Assembly (NCBI GenBank): GCA_963730185.1
Contig: CAVSQW010000007.1
Location: 512,001-576,000 of the forward strand
Reading direction: 5' to 3'
DNA from: an uncultured Gemmatimonadales bacterium
GTDB lineage: Bacteria > Gemmatimonadota > Gemmatimonadetes > Gemmatimonadales > GWC2-71-9
DNA: 64,000 nt
A program made the translations under genes and the position numbers. The notes beneath the pieces are model-generated. The model saw only the letters and a program-made list of their open reading frames with translations. It was not told the DNA's origin and ran no database searches. Shown in pieces: positions 40,693 through 51,000 of this stretch; position 1 is the first letter of the stretch, and each line of letters opens with the position of its first letter.

Positions 40693-41885
40693 GCCGGGAT
40701 CGTTTCGAGGGCGGCGTCGAGCGCCGCGTTGACGGACGCGAGGTCGGCGGGACCGCCACCGCCCTGGACGATCCGGGCGCCACCGCCCCGGCCGCCGCCC
40801 AGGGCCGCCAGGGCGGCGTTCAGTCCGGGCTTGAGATCGAGGGCAACGCTCTCGGGGCGACCCAACACCAACTGCGACTTCTCGCCCGAGGCACCGAGCA
40901 GGGCCACCACCTCGTGGGGGCCGGTGAGACGGAGCACCAAGGCACGAAGCTCGTCGGCGGGCCGGCCCTCCCAGGCCCGCCGGAGCACCCGGAGCGCGCC
41001 CCGAGTCGCCGCCTCGGTCGCCAGCGCCTGGGCCTCGCGGTCGAGCGCCTCCTCGTGATGGCGGCTCAGCTCCCGGCGAGCGGCCGTCAGGTCCTGCTGC
41101 AGCCGGGCCACCGCCTCGGGCAGCTCACCGGGCGCGCAGGTGAGCGCGGCGGACAGACCGGCGACGATCTCCTGCTTCTGGTCGTAGTCGCGCCGGGCCC
41201 GACCGCCCGCGAGGAACGAGATCCGGGTCCCCCGCTTGAGCCGTTCCGTCTTGAGCCAGTGGATCAGGCCGATCTCGCCGGTCCGCGCCACGTGGGTCCC
41301 ACCGCAGGCGGTGGTGTCGAAGTCGCCGATCTTCACGATCCGGAGCGCGCCGTCGACGTCCGGCGTCTTGCGAAGCGGGATCGTCGCCAGCTCGGCGGGC
41401 GCCGGGAACCACGCTTTGACCGGCACGTCGCGCGCCACCACGGCGTTGGCCACGGCGAACGCCTCGCGCCGGGCGGCGTCGTCGAGCTCGGTCGCGTCGA
41501 GGTCGATCGAGACGTACTCGGCCCCCAGATGGAACCCAATCGTGTTCGCCTCTGCCACCCGGATGAAGGCCTGCGACAGCACGTGCTGTCCCGTGTGCTG
41601 CTCCATGTGGTCGCGGCGGCGGGCCCAGTCGATCGTCCCCTGCACCGGTCCGGCGGCGAGCGCACCGTCGAGGAGATGGAGCACCGCGCCGTCGGTCTCG
41701 CGGACCCGGACGTCGATCACCCGTCGCTCACCCAGCTTGCCGGTGTCGAACGGTTGTCCACCCGAGCTCGGGTAGAAGGTCGACGATTCGAGGACTACCG
41801 CGGGATGCTCGTCGACGGTCGACGTCTCGACGACGGTCGAGTCGAAGGCGGTCAGATAGGAGTCGGCGTAATAGAGGCGGGTCAC
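40689..41885 (-). CDS. Alanyl-tRNA editing protein (AlaX with C-terminal DHHA1)
   Basis: RLYYADSY, GGQPFDTG, HMEQHTGQH, CGGTH, GGRGGG. Confidence 0.9.
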   Translation of the reverse strand: MTRLYYADSYLTAFDSTVVETSTVDEHPAVVLESSTFYPSSGGQPFDTGKLGERRVIDVRVRETDGAVLHLLDGALAAGPVQGTIDWARRRDHMEQHTGQHVLSQAFIRVAEANTIGFHLGAEYVSIDLDATELDDAARREAFAVANAVVARDVPVKAWFPAPAELATIPLRKTPDVDGALRIVKIGDFDTTACGGTHVARTGEIGLIHWLKTERLKRGTRISFLAGGRARRDYDQKQEIVAGLSAALTCAPGELPEAVARLQQDLTAARRELSRHHEEALDREAQALATEAATRGALRVLRRAWEGRPADELRALVLRLTGPHEVVALLGASGEKSQLVLGRPESVALDLKPGLNAALAALGGGRGGGARIVQGGGGPADLASVNAALDAALETIPA

Positions 41886-41937
41886 TTGCTCGGGCGCCAG
41901 CGCGCGGGGAGGCCGTCGGGGAAACCTGATCCTGCCA

Positions 41938-42011
41938 TGCGCCCGGAGGGACTCGAACCCCCAACCCTCAGATCCGAAGTCTGATGCTCTATCCAATTGA
42001 GCTACGGACGC
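41938..42011 (-). tRNA. tRNA-Arg(TCG)
   Basis: Minus-strand cloverleaf, anticodon arm TCAGA-CT TCG GA-TCTGA. Confidence 0.93.
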
Positions 42012-42032
42012 AACGGCTCGTACGATAACTCT

Positions 42033-42102
42033 CCGGCACCCCGGGTGCCACTCAGTCCGGCACCCCGGGTGCCACTCGAGTCCCGGCACCCCGGGTGCCA
42101 CT
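42033..42102. repeat. Three identical 20-bp palindromic units CCGGCACCCCGGGTGCCACT
   Basis: Copies at 42033, 42057 and 42083, spacers of 4 and 6 nt. Confidence 0.9.
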
Positions 42103-42704
42103 TAGCCGGGGGCGCCGGGCGCCAGCACCCGCCGGACCGCCCGGGTGGCTTCGGCGATCGGCTCCCGAATTCCCCAGATGCCGTCGGCCGGCCCGCGCCG
42201 CATCGGTCCCTCGTGACCGGGCTCCACCGTCACCGCCACCACCACCGGCCCCTCGCCCTCCAGGAGCTCCGGCACGGCCGCTTCGTAGGCGGCGGGGTCC
42301 GAGAAGACCTGAGTGCGCTCGATCCCGCACCCGCGCGCGATCGCCGCGTAGTCGATCGTGGCGCTGGCCGGCACCGGCTGGCTGCCGGTGATCTCGTAGG
42401 TGCCGTTCTGGAGAATCACCAGCAGCAAGTTCGTCACCCCCGACTGGACGATCGTCGCCAGCGTGCCCAGACACATCAGCATGCTGCCGTCGCCGTTGAG
42501 GCAGATCACCCGGCGATGCGGGCAGGCGAGGGCCAGACCGAGCGCCAGGTCGGCGGCGTGACCCATCGCCCCGTCGACGTTGGCGAAGTCCAGCTCGTGG
42601 TGGGAGACCCGGTCCCAGGCGCGGACCGCGCCCATCGTGGTGACCACGATCTCGTTGGTCCGGCGCGCGGCCAGCGGGGCTACCACCTGTTCTTTAGTGA
42701 GCAT
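42102..42704 (-). CDS. TPP-binding beta subunit, sulfopyruvate/phosphonopyruvate decarboxylase-like (ComE-like)
   Basis: GAMGHA..LGLALA, NGDGSMLM...NG TPP motif. Confidence 0.82.
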   Translation of the reverse strand: MLTKEQVVAPLAARRTNEIVVTTMGAVRAWDRVSHHELDFANVDGAMGHAADLALGLALACPHRRVICLNGDGSMLMCLGTLATIVQSGVTNLLLVILQNGTYEITGSQPVPASATIDYAAIARGCGIERTQVFSDPAAYEAAVPELLEGEGPVVVAVTVEPGHEGPMRRGPADGIWGIREPIAEATRAVRRVLAPGAPG

Positions 42705-43278
42705 CGCCGCCTCCCAGAACGTCGGTGACCAGGAGGACGACCGGCATTTCGCGCGCCGCCGCTTCCCGATGGGCCCATCCGACCAGGTCGGCCGCCGAGT
42801 CGCCGGCGGAGAGATAGCGGCAGGGGAGTCCCCAGGCAGCGACCGTCGGCTCGGCCAAGAGCGCGACGGCGTCGAGCCCGGGGTCGAGGAGCGCGGCGCT
42901 CCGGGCCGGGCCCGCCGTAAACACCTCGCCCCGCTGGCCGGCGGCCGGGTCGACCCCCCGTTTCCGGATGAGCCCGTAGCCCCGGCAGGTGACCAGCGTC
43001 ACCGCCGGCACCCGCATCCGGAGCAGGGTGCCTCGAAGGGCATCGCCGCTTTCCAGAAGGCCGGTGGCCTGGATCATCACCAGGGGCTGTTGGCCGCCCA
43101 TCCAGAGTCCCGCCGCGATCGCGAACGCCTCGCCCTCGCGGGTGACCCGGACCAGCCGGGGCCGCTCCCGCCGAGCCAGGAGATCGTAGACGGCCGCGGA
43201 GTGATTGTCGGGAATGCCGACGAGGTGGGTGACGCCATTGGCGTCGAAGGCGTCGACCAAGGCGACGGCGGTGGGCAT
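42694..43278 (-). CDS. TPP enzyme N-terminal alpha subunit (ComD-like)
   Basis: VGIPD, TREGEAFAIAAG, MIQATG. Confidence 0.82.
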   Translation of the reverse strand: MPTAVALVDAFDANGVTHLVGIPDNHSAAVYDLLARRERPRLVRVTREGEAFAIAAGLWMGGQQPLVMIQATGLLESGDALRGTLLRMRVPAVTLVTCRGYGLIRKRGVDPAAGQRGEVFTAGPARSAALLDPGLDAVALLAEPTVAAWGLPCRYLSAGDSAADLVGWAHREAAAREMPVVLLVTDVLGGGDAH

Positions 43279-43356
43279 GTTCGCTCCGATTCGGAATCGG
43301 CCGGTGTCGGTCCGGCCTTGGCCTCGAGCCCGTGATCCGACTAGTATCGACGGCAT

Positions 43357-43737
43357 ATGGGCGACCAACGATTTCCCAAGCTTCCCTGCTATCCCTGCCC
43401 CCACAACGCCGCCTGCTGCGCGTACGGGGTGACCGTCGACGAGCGGGAGGCCCGCGCCATCATCGCCGCCCACGGCGACGACAAAGTCTATCAGGCCCGC
43501 TGGGGCGAGTGGCGCACCCGGGTCAAGGACGGCCGCTGCGTCTTCTATGTCGACGGCGGCTGCTCCATCCACGCCGAGCCCTACTATCCGGCCGTCTGCG
43601 GCGGCTTCCCGTTCGTCGACGCCGAGACCGGCGGGCCCTACGAGTACGACCGGACCATCTGCCCGGAGTTCGTGACGCATCCGGAGCTGCACGAAATCAA
43701 CCCGATGCCCGATCGGCCCCGGCCCGAGGCACCCTGA
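43357..43737 (+). CDS. YkgJ-like Cys-cluster protein
   Basis: CYPC....CC, CVF....CSIH....PAVCGGFPF. Confidence 0.75.
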   Translation: MGDQRFPKLPCYPCPHNAACCAYGVTVDEREARAIIAAHGDDKVYQARWGEWRTRVKDGRCVFYVDGGCSIHAEPYYPAVCGGFPFVDAETGGPYEYDRTICPEFVTHPELHEINPMPDRPRPEAP

Positions 43738-44464
43738 CCGCCGGCTGGGCCCCCTTCCACACGAACACGATCCCGAATCCCAGCGACGCGGCCGCGATCA
43801 TGAACCACTGGACCGCGTAAGAGAGGTGGGGCCCGTCGTTGAGCGCCGGCGGGTCGATCCGGATCGGCAGCACCCGTCCCTGGGCCGTGTGGGCCGGCCC
43901 CGCGGCCGAGTCCACTCCCGCGATCACGTAATAGGACGCGATCGGATAGGGCAGGCGCGACCGCATCGCCGTCAGGTCGAGCCGATGCCAGGTCTCGCCG
44001 TGGTTGGTCTCCAGGCGATCGCCGTCGCCGTCGTTCGGGACCGGCCGGGCGATCCCCTGGAGCACGATGTCGCCCGGCTCCGGGAACGCCATCGGCTCAG
44101 CCGGGGCGCCCGCGTCCGCTGTCGGGACGAAGCCCCGATTCACCAGGATCGCGGTGTCGCGGCCCGGAAGCCGGAACGGCGTCACGATCTGGATGCCCGG
44201 GGTCCCCTCGAGCAGCCGCCCCCGAATCAGAAACTGGTGGTCTTCGTCGTATCGGCCGCTGGCGACGACCCGCCGGAACGCCAGGTCGCCCGGCACGACC
44301 GACCGGTCGAGATCGATGGTGGGAAGGTCCCGCTGCGCGATCGAGGCCGCGTTCCGGGCCCGCCGTTCGGCCAGACGAGTCAGCTGCCACACGCCCAGGC
44401 CGGAGCAGGCCGCGGCGACGACGACCGTGATGAAGAAGAGGATGACCCGTCCAACCGTGGACAT
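43697..44464 (-). CDS. SURF1-family protein
   Basis: LGVWQLTR, LVNRGFVP, HLSYAVQWF. Confidence 0.92.
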   Translation of the reverse strand: MSTVGRVILFFITVVVAAACSGLGVWQLTRLAERRARNAASIAQRDLPTIDLDRSVVPGDLAFRRVVASGRYDEDHQFLIRGRLLEGTPGIQIVTPFRLPGRDTAILVNRGFVPTADAGAPAEPMAFPEPGDIVLQGIARPVPNDGDGDRLETNHGETWHRLDLTAMRSRLPYPIASYYVIAGVDSAAGPAHTAQGRVLPIRIDPPALNDGPHLSYAVQWFMIAAASLGFGIVFVWKGAQPAVRVPRAGADRASG

Positions 44465-44642
44465 CAGTGTCACCAATCGAGGACAGTATTCGAGGACACC
44501 AACTCGGGGGACAACTCCCTAAAGGGTTTCCCGGCAAGAAGATAACCAATGACGATCGGAACGGCCCGACCCTTGCCCTCTACCCCGAGCAACGGCAGGT
44601 CAACGAGAGAGTGGGGGACCCTTCGTCCAAAGGACGGGACCG

Positions 44643-45278
44643 ATGCGGAAGCCAATCGTCATGTCGCTGCTCGCTGCCGGGTTAGTGGTGAGCCTTTCGA
44701 ATCCCCTCGCGGCACAGCGCCGCCGCGGCCTCGTCGACGTGTCTCCCATGGAGGGACGTCACGGGTTCTGGATGAACCTGGGCGCCGGAGCTGGGACCGA
44801 GTCCTACAAGTTTCAGGGTGACAATCAGTTCAGTGCCGGCATCACCAAGCCCACGCTCGACCTCCGGATCGGCGGGACCGTGAATCCCAACTTCCGCCTG
44901 GGCGGCGAGCTGACGGGCTGGGCCGACACCTACACCGACGATCAGGGCGACCGGATCACCGAGTACTTGGCGGGCCTGCTCCTGGTCGGGCAGTTCTATC
45001 CCTCGCGCGATCTAGGGCTCTTCCTCAAGGGCGGCGGCGGCTTCAGCCGAAGCGGCACCAGCGTCGCCGGTCCCTACGACAACTACGAGAACGGGTTTGC
45101 ATGGACCGTCGGGGCCGGGTACGAGATCAAGCTGGGCCGGACCCTCTCGCTCACGCCGACGGTGGACTTCATGCAGCACCGGTCGCGCACCCGAGACCAG
45201 TTCGGCGACCTGCAGCCGGCGCTCTACGACCGGCTGGTGACCTTCGGCGTCGCGCTCACCCTGCAGCCCGGGCGCTGA
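44643..45278 (+). CDS. Outer-membrane beta-barrel protein
   Basis: Signal peptide, GFAWTVGAGYEI, amphipathic strands. Confidence 0.75.
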   Translation: MRKPIVMSLLAAGLVVSLSNPLAAQRRRGLVDVSPMEGRHGFWMNLGAGAGTESYKFQGDNQFSAGITKPTLDLRIGGTVNPNFRLGGELTGWADTYTDDQGDRITEYLAGLLLVGQFYPSRDLGLFLKGGGGFSRSGTSVAGPYDNYENGFAWTVGAGYEIKLGRTLSLTPTVDFMQHRSRTRDQFGDLQPALYDRLVTFGVALTLQPGR

Positions 45279-45418
45279 CCTCGATCCAGAAGCTGGGGCG
45301 GCGGTACGGCGGGAGTTTCGACAACAACCACGCGTCTCCGACAAGACCGGGCTCCCGTCGTATCGTCGTACCTTCTTCCTCTTCCACCTCCCTCCACGCA
45401 GTTCGGGAGACCCTTCCC

Positions 45419-45859
45419 ATGTCCTGGTTCACGGTCGAACGGCTCGGACCCACCATGCTCCTGATCGGCGGCGTCGGCTGCGGGCGCACGATGGACGCCG
45501 CCGCCCTCGCGGGGAAGTACGCCGCCACCGCGATTCGGGTCGAGTCGGCCGACGGCAACGACATCGACGTCCGCTCCCTCGGCGCCGACATCGAGATCGG
45601 CCTCGATCCCGACGGCCGGACGGTCGGCGAGCTCGATCTCCCCCCCGTGGCCGGGCTCTCCGGCGAGGGGTTCCACGCCAGCATGGCGGGCCGGTTCGCG
45701 GTGGTCGGCAACAAGGTCCGGTTCGAGCAGCCGGCCGACACCTTCATCCGGAACCTGTTCTTTACGGTGGACGGGACGAATCTCCGCGCTTCGTATACCT
45801 TTCGGGACGAACGGGCCCGCTCGGGGTCCGTGACGGTGGTGCTGACCCGACAAAGCTGA
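45419..45859 (+). CDS. Hypothetical lipoprotein
   Basis: GGVGC lipobox-like; beta-rich, FEQPADTFIR. Confidence 0.6.
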   Translation: MSWFTVERLGPTMLLIGGVGCGRTMDAAALAGKYAATAIRVESADGNDIDVRSLGADIEIGLDPDGRTVGELDLPPVAGLSGEGFHASMAGRFAVVGNKVRFEQPADTFIRNLFFTVDGTNLRASYTFRDERARSGSVTVVLTRQS

Positions 45860-45878
45860 CGCGAGGTTCCCCTTCGCC

Positions 45879-46421
45879 ATGCGATCGTCCCTGCTGCTGG
45901 TCCCCCTCCTTGCGATGGTCACCGCCCAGGCCGGCTGGGCCCAACTCCGGCGCCCCGAGGAATTCCGACGAGGGGAGAGGCCCCAGCCCGCCGTGACCCT
46001 GATGGCCGGTCCGGCCTACTACGACACCGGCGACGAGAGCGGCACCGGGCCCTCGGTCGCGCTCCGCTTCGACATTCCCACGTCGCGGATCCTGATCATC
46101 GAGCCGGGGATCTCGTTCTTCCGCTACCGGCCCGTCATCGGCGACCGGATTTCGTATCTGCTGCCGGAGATCAGCTTCCAGGTCCAGGCGCCGCTGCCGG
46201 CCGTCCGCCCCTACGTCGGAGCCGGGATCGGCTTCTCGGAGTTCCTGGACGGCCGGGGCAAGAGCTTCGTGACCCTGCACGCGGTGGGCGGCGTTCGGAT
46301 CGCCGTCGCCGAGGGTTGGGGGCTTCGGGGCGAGGCGCGAGCCCGGACGATCGATCCGTTCAAGCTCAAGGTGGTCGACCTCGTGGTCGGAGTGAGCCAC
46401 ACGCTGGGTCGACGGCGCTGA
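45879..46421 (+). CDS. Outer-membrane beta-barrel protein
   Basis: Signal peptide, VRPYVGAGIG. Confidence 0.75.
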   Translation: MRSSLLLVPLLAMVTAQAGWAQLRRPEEFRRGERPQPAVTLMAGPAYYDTGDESGTGPSVALRFDIPTSRILIIEPGISFFRYRPVIGDRISYLLPEISFQVQAPLPAVRPYVGAGIGFSEFLDGRGKSFVTLHAVGGVRIAVAEGWGLRGEARARTIDPFKLKVVDLVVGVSHTLGRRR

Positions 46422-46493
46422 CCGGGGCCGTGCCCGGTTCTGGGACGGCCGCTTGGTGGAAACCGGGCGGTCCACCCGCACGTCAGAATAAGT

Positions 46494-48005
46494 ATGCACA
46501 TGCGGCGTGGCCGGACCGGCCTTCTCATCGATCTCGAGCTCGACCGCTCGTCGGACGAGCCGCTCTCCAACCAGATCTACCGCCAGCTCCGTGACCTGAT
46601 CCGGACCGGGGCCGCCCCGGGCGGGGCCGCGCTCCCCTCGACCCGGACCCTCGCCCCCCAGTTGGGCGTGTCCCGGAGCACGGTGGCGCTGGCCTTCGAC
46701 CAGCTCCGCGCCGAGGGATACGTGGCCACTTCGCGAGGGGCGGCCACCCGGGTCGCGTCGCAGCTCCCCGACGGGCTGCCGGCCCCGCCCAGCCCCCGGA
46801 TCGAGAACGACATGCCACCGGAGCTCTCGCCCCGGTTGTCGCGACGGGGGGCGACCATCGCCGGGCTCCCGTCCCCGCTCTCGATCATGGGACGAACGCC
46901 CCGGGCGTTCCGCCTGGGCGTACCGGCGCTCGATCAGTTCCCGGTGGCGCTCTGGGAGCGGGTCTCCAGCCGTGAGCTCCGCCGGACGCCGGCCAGCCGG
47001 CTGAGCTACGGCGATCCTCGGGGCATCCGGCCGCTTCGCGAGGCGATTGCTCGGTACCTCCGGAGCGCCCGCCGGATCGAGTGCGATCCGGACGACATCG
47101 TCGTTACCTGCGGCTCCCAGCAGGCGATCGACCTCGCCGCCCGACTGGTGATCGACCCCGGCGACCAGGTCTGGCTGGAGGATCCGGGTTACGTGCCCGC
47201 CCGGGGAGCGTTCATCGCGGCAGGCGGGGTGCCGGTCGATCTTCCCGTCGACCGCGAGGGCTTGCGGGTCGACCTCGGGCTGCAGCGGGCTCCCGACGCT
47301 CGGGCCGTGTTCCTGGTGCCGGGCCGGCACCTGCCACTCGGCGGGGTGCTGAGCGAGTCCAGGCGCCGCGCCCTCCTCAAGTGGGCCACCGACCGCCGGG
47401 CCTGGATCATCGAGGACGACTACGCGGCCGAGTTCCGGTTCTCTTCCCGGCCGGTGAGCTCCCTCCGCGCCGGAACCCGCGGCAGTCCGGTGCTCTACGT
47501 GAGCAGTTTCAGCAAGATCCTGTTCCCGGCCCTCCGGATCGGCTACGTGGTGGTCCCCTCGCATCTGGCCGAGTCGTTCGCCCGGGCCCGGATCTTCACC
47601 GACCTCCATCCGCCCTATCACGACCAGGCCGTGCTGGCCGCCTTCCTCCAAGGTGGGCACTTCGAGCGCCACGTCCGGCGGGTCCGGGCCGCCTACCTCG
47701 AGCGCCAGGCGCTGCTTCGCTCGATTCTGGAGCGCGACCTGGCCGGGGTGGCCCGGGTCGAAGCCTCCGACGGCGCCCTGCACCTGGTGCTCTGGCTGCC
47801 CCGGGACTGGACGGAGGACCTGATCGTGCGCGAAGGCGCTCGGCGGGGGCTCGACCTGGTGCCGCTCGGCTCGTTCTGCTCGAGCGCCCAACTGGGGCCG
47901 GCGCTCGTGCTCGGATACAGCGGTCTCCGCGAAGACGAGATCCGGAAGGCCGCCGACGGCCTGACCCGGCTGATCCTGGAACGGGCGGGCCGGGCGGTGG
48001 CCTGA
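46494..48005 (+). CDS. MocR/GabR-family PLP-dependent GntR regulator
   Basis: LPSTRTLAPQLGVSRSTV, EDPGY, IIEDDY, SFSKILFPALRIG. Confidence 0.93.
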   Translation: MHMRRGRTGLLIDLELDRSSDEPLSNQIYRQLRDLIRTGAAPGGAALPSTRTLAPQLGVSRSTVALAFDQLRAEGYVATSRGAATRVASQLPDGLPAPPSPRIENDMPPELSPRLSRRGATIAGLPSPLSIMGRTPRAFRLGVPALDQFPVALWERVSSRELRRTPASRLSYGDPRGIRPLREAIARYLRSARRIECDPDDIVVTCGSQQAIDLAARLVIDPGDQVWLEDPGYVPARGAFIAAGGVPVDLPVDREGLRVDLGLQRAPDARAVFLVPGRHLPLGGVLSESRRRALLKWATDRRAWIIEDDYAAEFRFSSRPVSSLRAGTRGSPVLYVSSFSKILFPALRIGYVVVPSHLAESFARARIFTDLHPPYHDQAVLAAFLQGGHFERHVRRVRAAYLERQALLRSILERDLAGVARVEASDGALHLVLWLPRDWTEDLIVREGARRGLDLVPLGSFCSSAQLGPALVLGYSGLREDEIRKAADGLTRLILERAGRAVA

Positions 48006-48081
48006 TCCCGGTGGTGGGGCAGACGAACGGGGCGGACCGGCCGATTGCCGATCCGCCCCGTCGTTTCATCCGGTGGCCGGC

Positions 48082-51000
48082 CTAGCGCTCGTCGTCCTCC
48101 TGGAAGAAGCCGCCGGCCGATCCGGTGCCGCTGGTGCGTTCCACCCGGAGCTTTTGGGTGTAGGTCTTCCCGCCGACGGTCAGGCTCACCAGGTAGTCGC
48201 CGGGCTCGGCCAGACCGCCGCCTCCCCGGCGCCTCCCGAAGAACGCGCCAAACCCGCCCCGCCGGCCCGGCGGCCGGAGCAGGTCGAAGAGCTGGCTCAT
48301 CATCCCCTGGTCCATCTGACCGGCGCCACCCGGGGCCCCGCCGCCGCGTTGGCCGCGGAGCGGAGACTCCGCCGGCCGGGCATTGAATCCGCCGGGTCGG
48401 GCGCCGCCGCCACCCCCGCCGCCCCGTCCGAACATCGCGAAGAGGCCCTGGGTGTCGCCCGAGGCGAGCATGGTGCGGATTCGCTCCGCCATCGGCGCGG
48501 GCAGGGTGCCGGCCTTGGTGAGCGAGTCGAACACGACGTCACGGCGGGCCGCCATCTGGATGCTGTCCCGCCGGGCGGCCGGGCCGAGCGGCTCCGCGGG
48601 CGGCTGCTTGCCGCGGTAGTTCCAGGTCACCCGATGGACCCCCGGACCGCCCGGACCGTTCAGGGTCTGGACCGTGTCACCGGCCACGTCGAGGATGGCG
48701 ATCTGTGCCCGGGGGCCGCCCCGACCGGGGCCCTGGCGGCCGCCTCGAGGCGGGGCCCCCTCCCGGCCTCCGGTTTGCCCGTTGTCCTGGCCGCCCCGGC
48801 CGCCGGCGGCGGCCTCGGCGCCGGTGACCCGGTAGACGATCTCGGCACCGTACGCCGGGCTCGGGGCCTCGAAGGCCTTCTGACCGGGCTCCTCGCCGCC
48901 CACCGGCGGCTCGCCCCACTGATACGCGGTCTGGGGCTGGAAGAGATGGTTGCCCAGCCCCAGGACCGAGTCGGTCATCTGCTCGAGCGGCCCGATGTCG
49001 ACGATCCAGATCGAGCGGCCGTGGGTTGCCGCGATCAGGTCGCGCTCGCGGGGATGGATCCTGAGGTCGCGCACCGGGACGGTGGGGAGCCCGTTCATGA
49101 AGCGCTCCCACGAGCCACCGCCGTTGCTCGAGACGTACACGCCGACGTCGGTGCCAACGAACAACAGCTTGGGGTTGCTCAGGTCTTCCCGGATCACGTG
49201 CACGAAGTCGGGTCCGCCGGTCGGCAGGTTGCCCGCGATCGACTGGAAGGTCTTGCCGAAGTCCGTGGTCCGGTAGACGTAGGGCGTAAAGTCGTTGGTG
49301 CGGTGTCCGTCGAAGGTCACGTAGAACGTGGCCGAGTCGTGCGACGACGCCTCGATGTTGCTGACGTAGGTCAGGGTGGGGACGCCGGGGAAGCGGCCGG
49401 TCAGGCTTTCCCAGCCGCCGCCGTCGTTTCGCGAGACCCACACGTTGCCGTCGTCGGTGCCGGCGTAGAGGAGGCCTGGGCGGATCGGCGACTCCGCCAG
49501 GGCCACGATGGTGCCGTAGGTCTCGGCGCCGGTGACGTCGGTGGTGATGCCGCCCGAGGTCTCGGTGCTGACCCGGATCTTGATCGAGTCGCGGGTGGAG
49601 AGATCGGGCGAGATCGGGTACATGCTCGCCCCGCGGTCGACGCTCTTCATCACCCGGTTGGCGCCCAGGTAGAGGGTTCCCGGGTTATGGGATGAGAGGA
49701 AGAACGGGGTGTTCCAGTTCCAGCGGGTGTCCCAGTTGGCCGAGTCGGCGGCCCGGGCCTGGGCGATGGTGGCCAGCCGCTTCTTCATGGCGGAGGTCTC
49801 GGGCTGGGTGGTGTCGCCCCGGATCACGACCACCGAGTCCTCCCAGGCCTGGGCCCGTTCCCGCCAGTTGGGCTTCGGGAAGCTCGAGCGCTCCCCGGTG
49901 GACCACTGGTACCGGGCGACGTTGCCGCCCTGCGACTCGCCGTAGAGCACGTCCGGATCGGTGGGATCCTGGGCGGTCCGGAACCCGTCGCCGCCGTTGA
50001 AGGTGGCCCACATCGCGTTGGTGATCGGGCCGTTCTTGCGGCGGCTGGGACCGCACCAGGATCCGTTGTCCTGGAGGCCGCCGCAGACCCGGTAGGGCAC
50101 GGCCAGGTCGTAGCTGACGGCGTAGAACTGGCCGTTCGCGATCGTGTTCAGGAACTCGAAGTTGCCACCCTGGTCCCAGGTCTGCACCACGCCGCCGTCG
50201 TTGCCGACCAGGAAGTGGTTCTCGTCACCCGGGTCCATCCACATGGCGTGGTCGTCGACGTGGATCCCGACGGTCCCGTTCCGGACGGTCTTGCCGCCGT
50301 CGTCGGAGAAGTTGAACGGGGTGGACGACCAGTAGACCCGATCGGGGTTCTTGATGTCGACCCGGACCTGGGAGTAGTAGAACGGCCGGGTGTCGTTGGC
50401 GTTCATCTTGGTCCAGGTGGCCCCGCCGTCGGCCGACCGGTAGAGGCCGGAGGGACGGGTCTGCTGGGCCGCGCCCTTGGCGGGTTTCGGATTCGCCATG
50501 GTGTCGGCTTCCACCAGCGCGTAGACCACCTTGGGGTTGCTGGGCGCGATGGCGATGCCGATCCGGCCCTTCATCGTCTCGGGAAAGCCGCCGCCCTTCA
50601 CTTCGGTCCAGGTCTTCCCGGCATCGGTGGTCTTCCAGAGGCCGCTGCCGGGGCCGCCGCTCTGCAGGAAGTAGGGGCCCCGCACCCGCTCCCACGCCGA
50701 GGCGAAGAGCAGGTCGGGGTTCGAGGGGTCCATCGCGAGATCGACGAACCCGGCCTTGTCGCTGATGAACTTGATCCGCTGCCAGGTGGCCCCGCCGTCG
50801 GTGGTCTTGTAGACGCCGCGCTCGGGATTGGCGCCCCAGGCGTGACCCAGCGCGGCCACGTAGGCCACGTTGGGGTCGCGGGGGTCGACCACGATCCGGC
50901 CGATGTGCCGGGTCTCGGTCAAGCCCACGTGCTTCCAGGTCAGCCCGCCGTCGGTCGACTTGAAGACGCCGCAGCCGGGCGAGATCGAGTTCCGGGAGTC

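Noticed and set aside
42033..42102. Possible mini-CRISPR array
   Set aside because: Spacers are only 4-6 nt and there are no cas genes in the window
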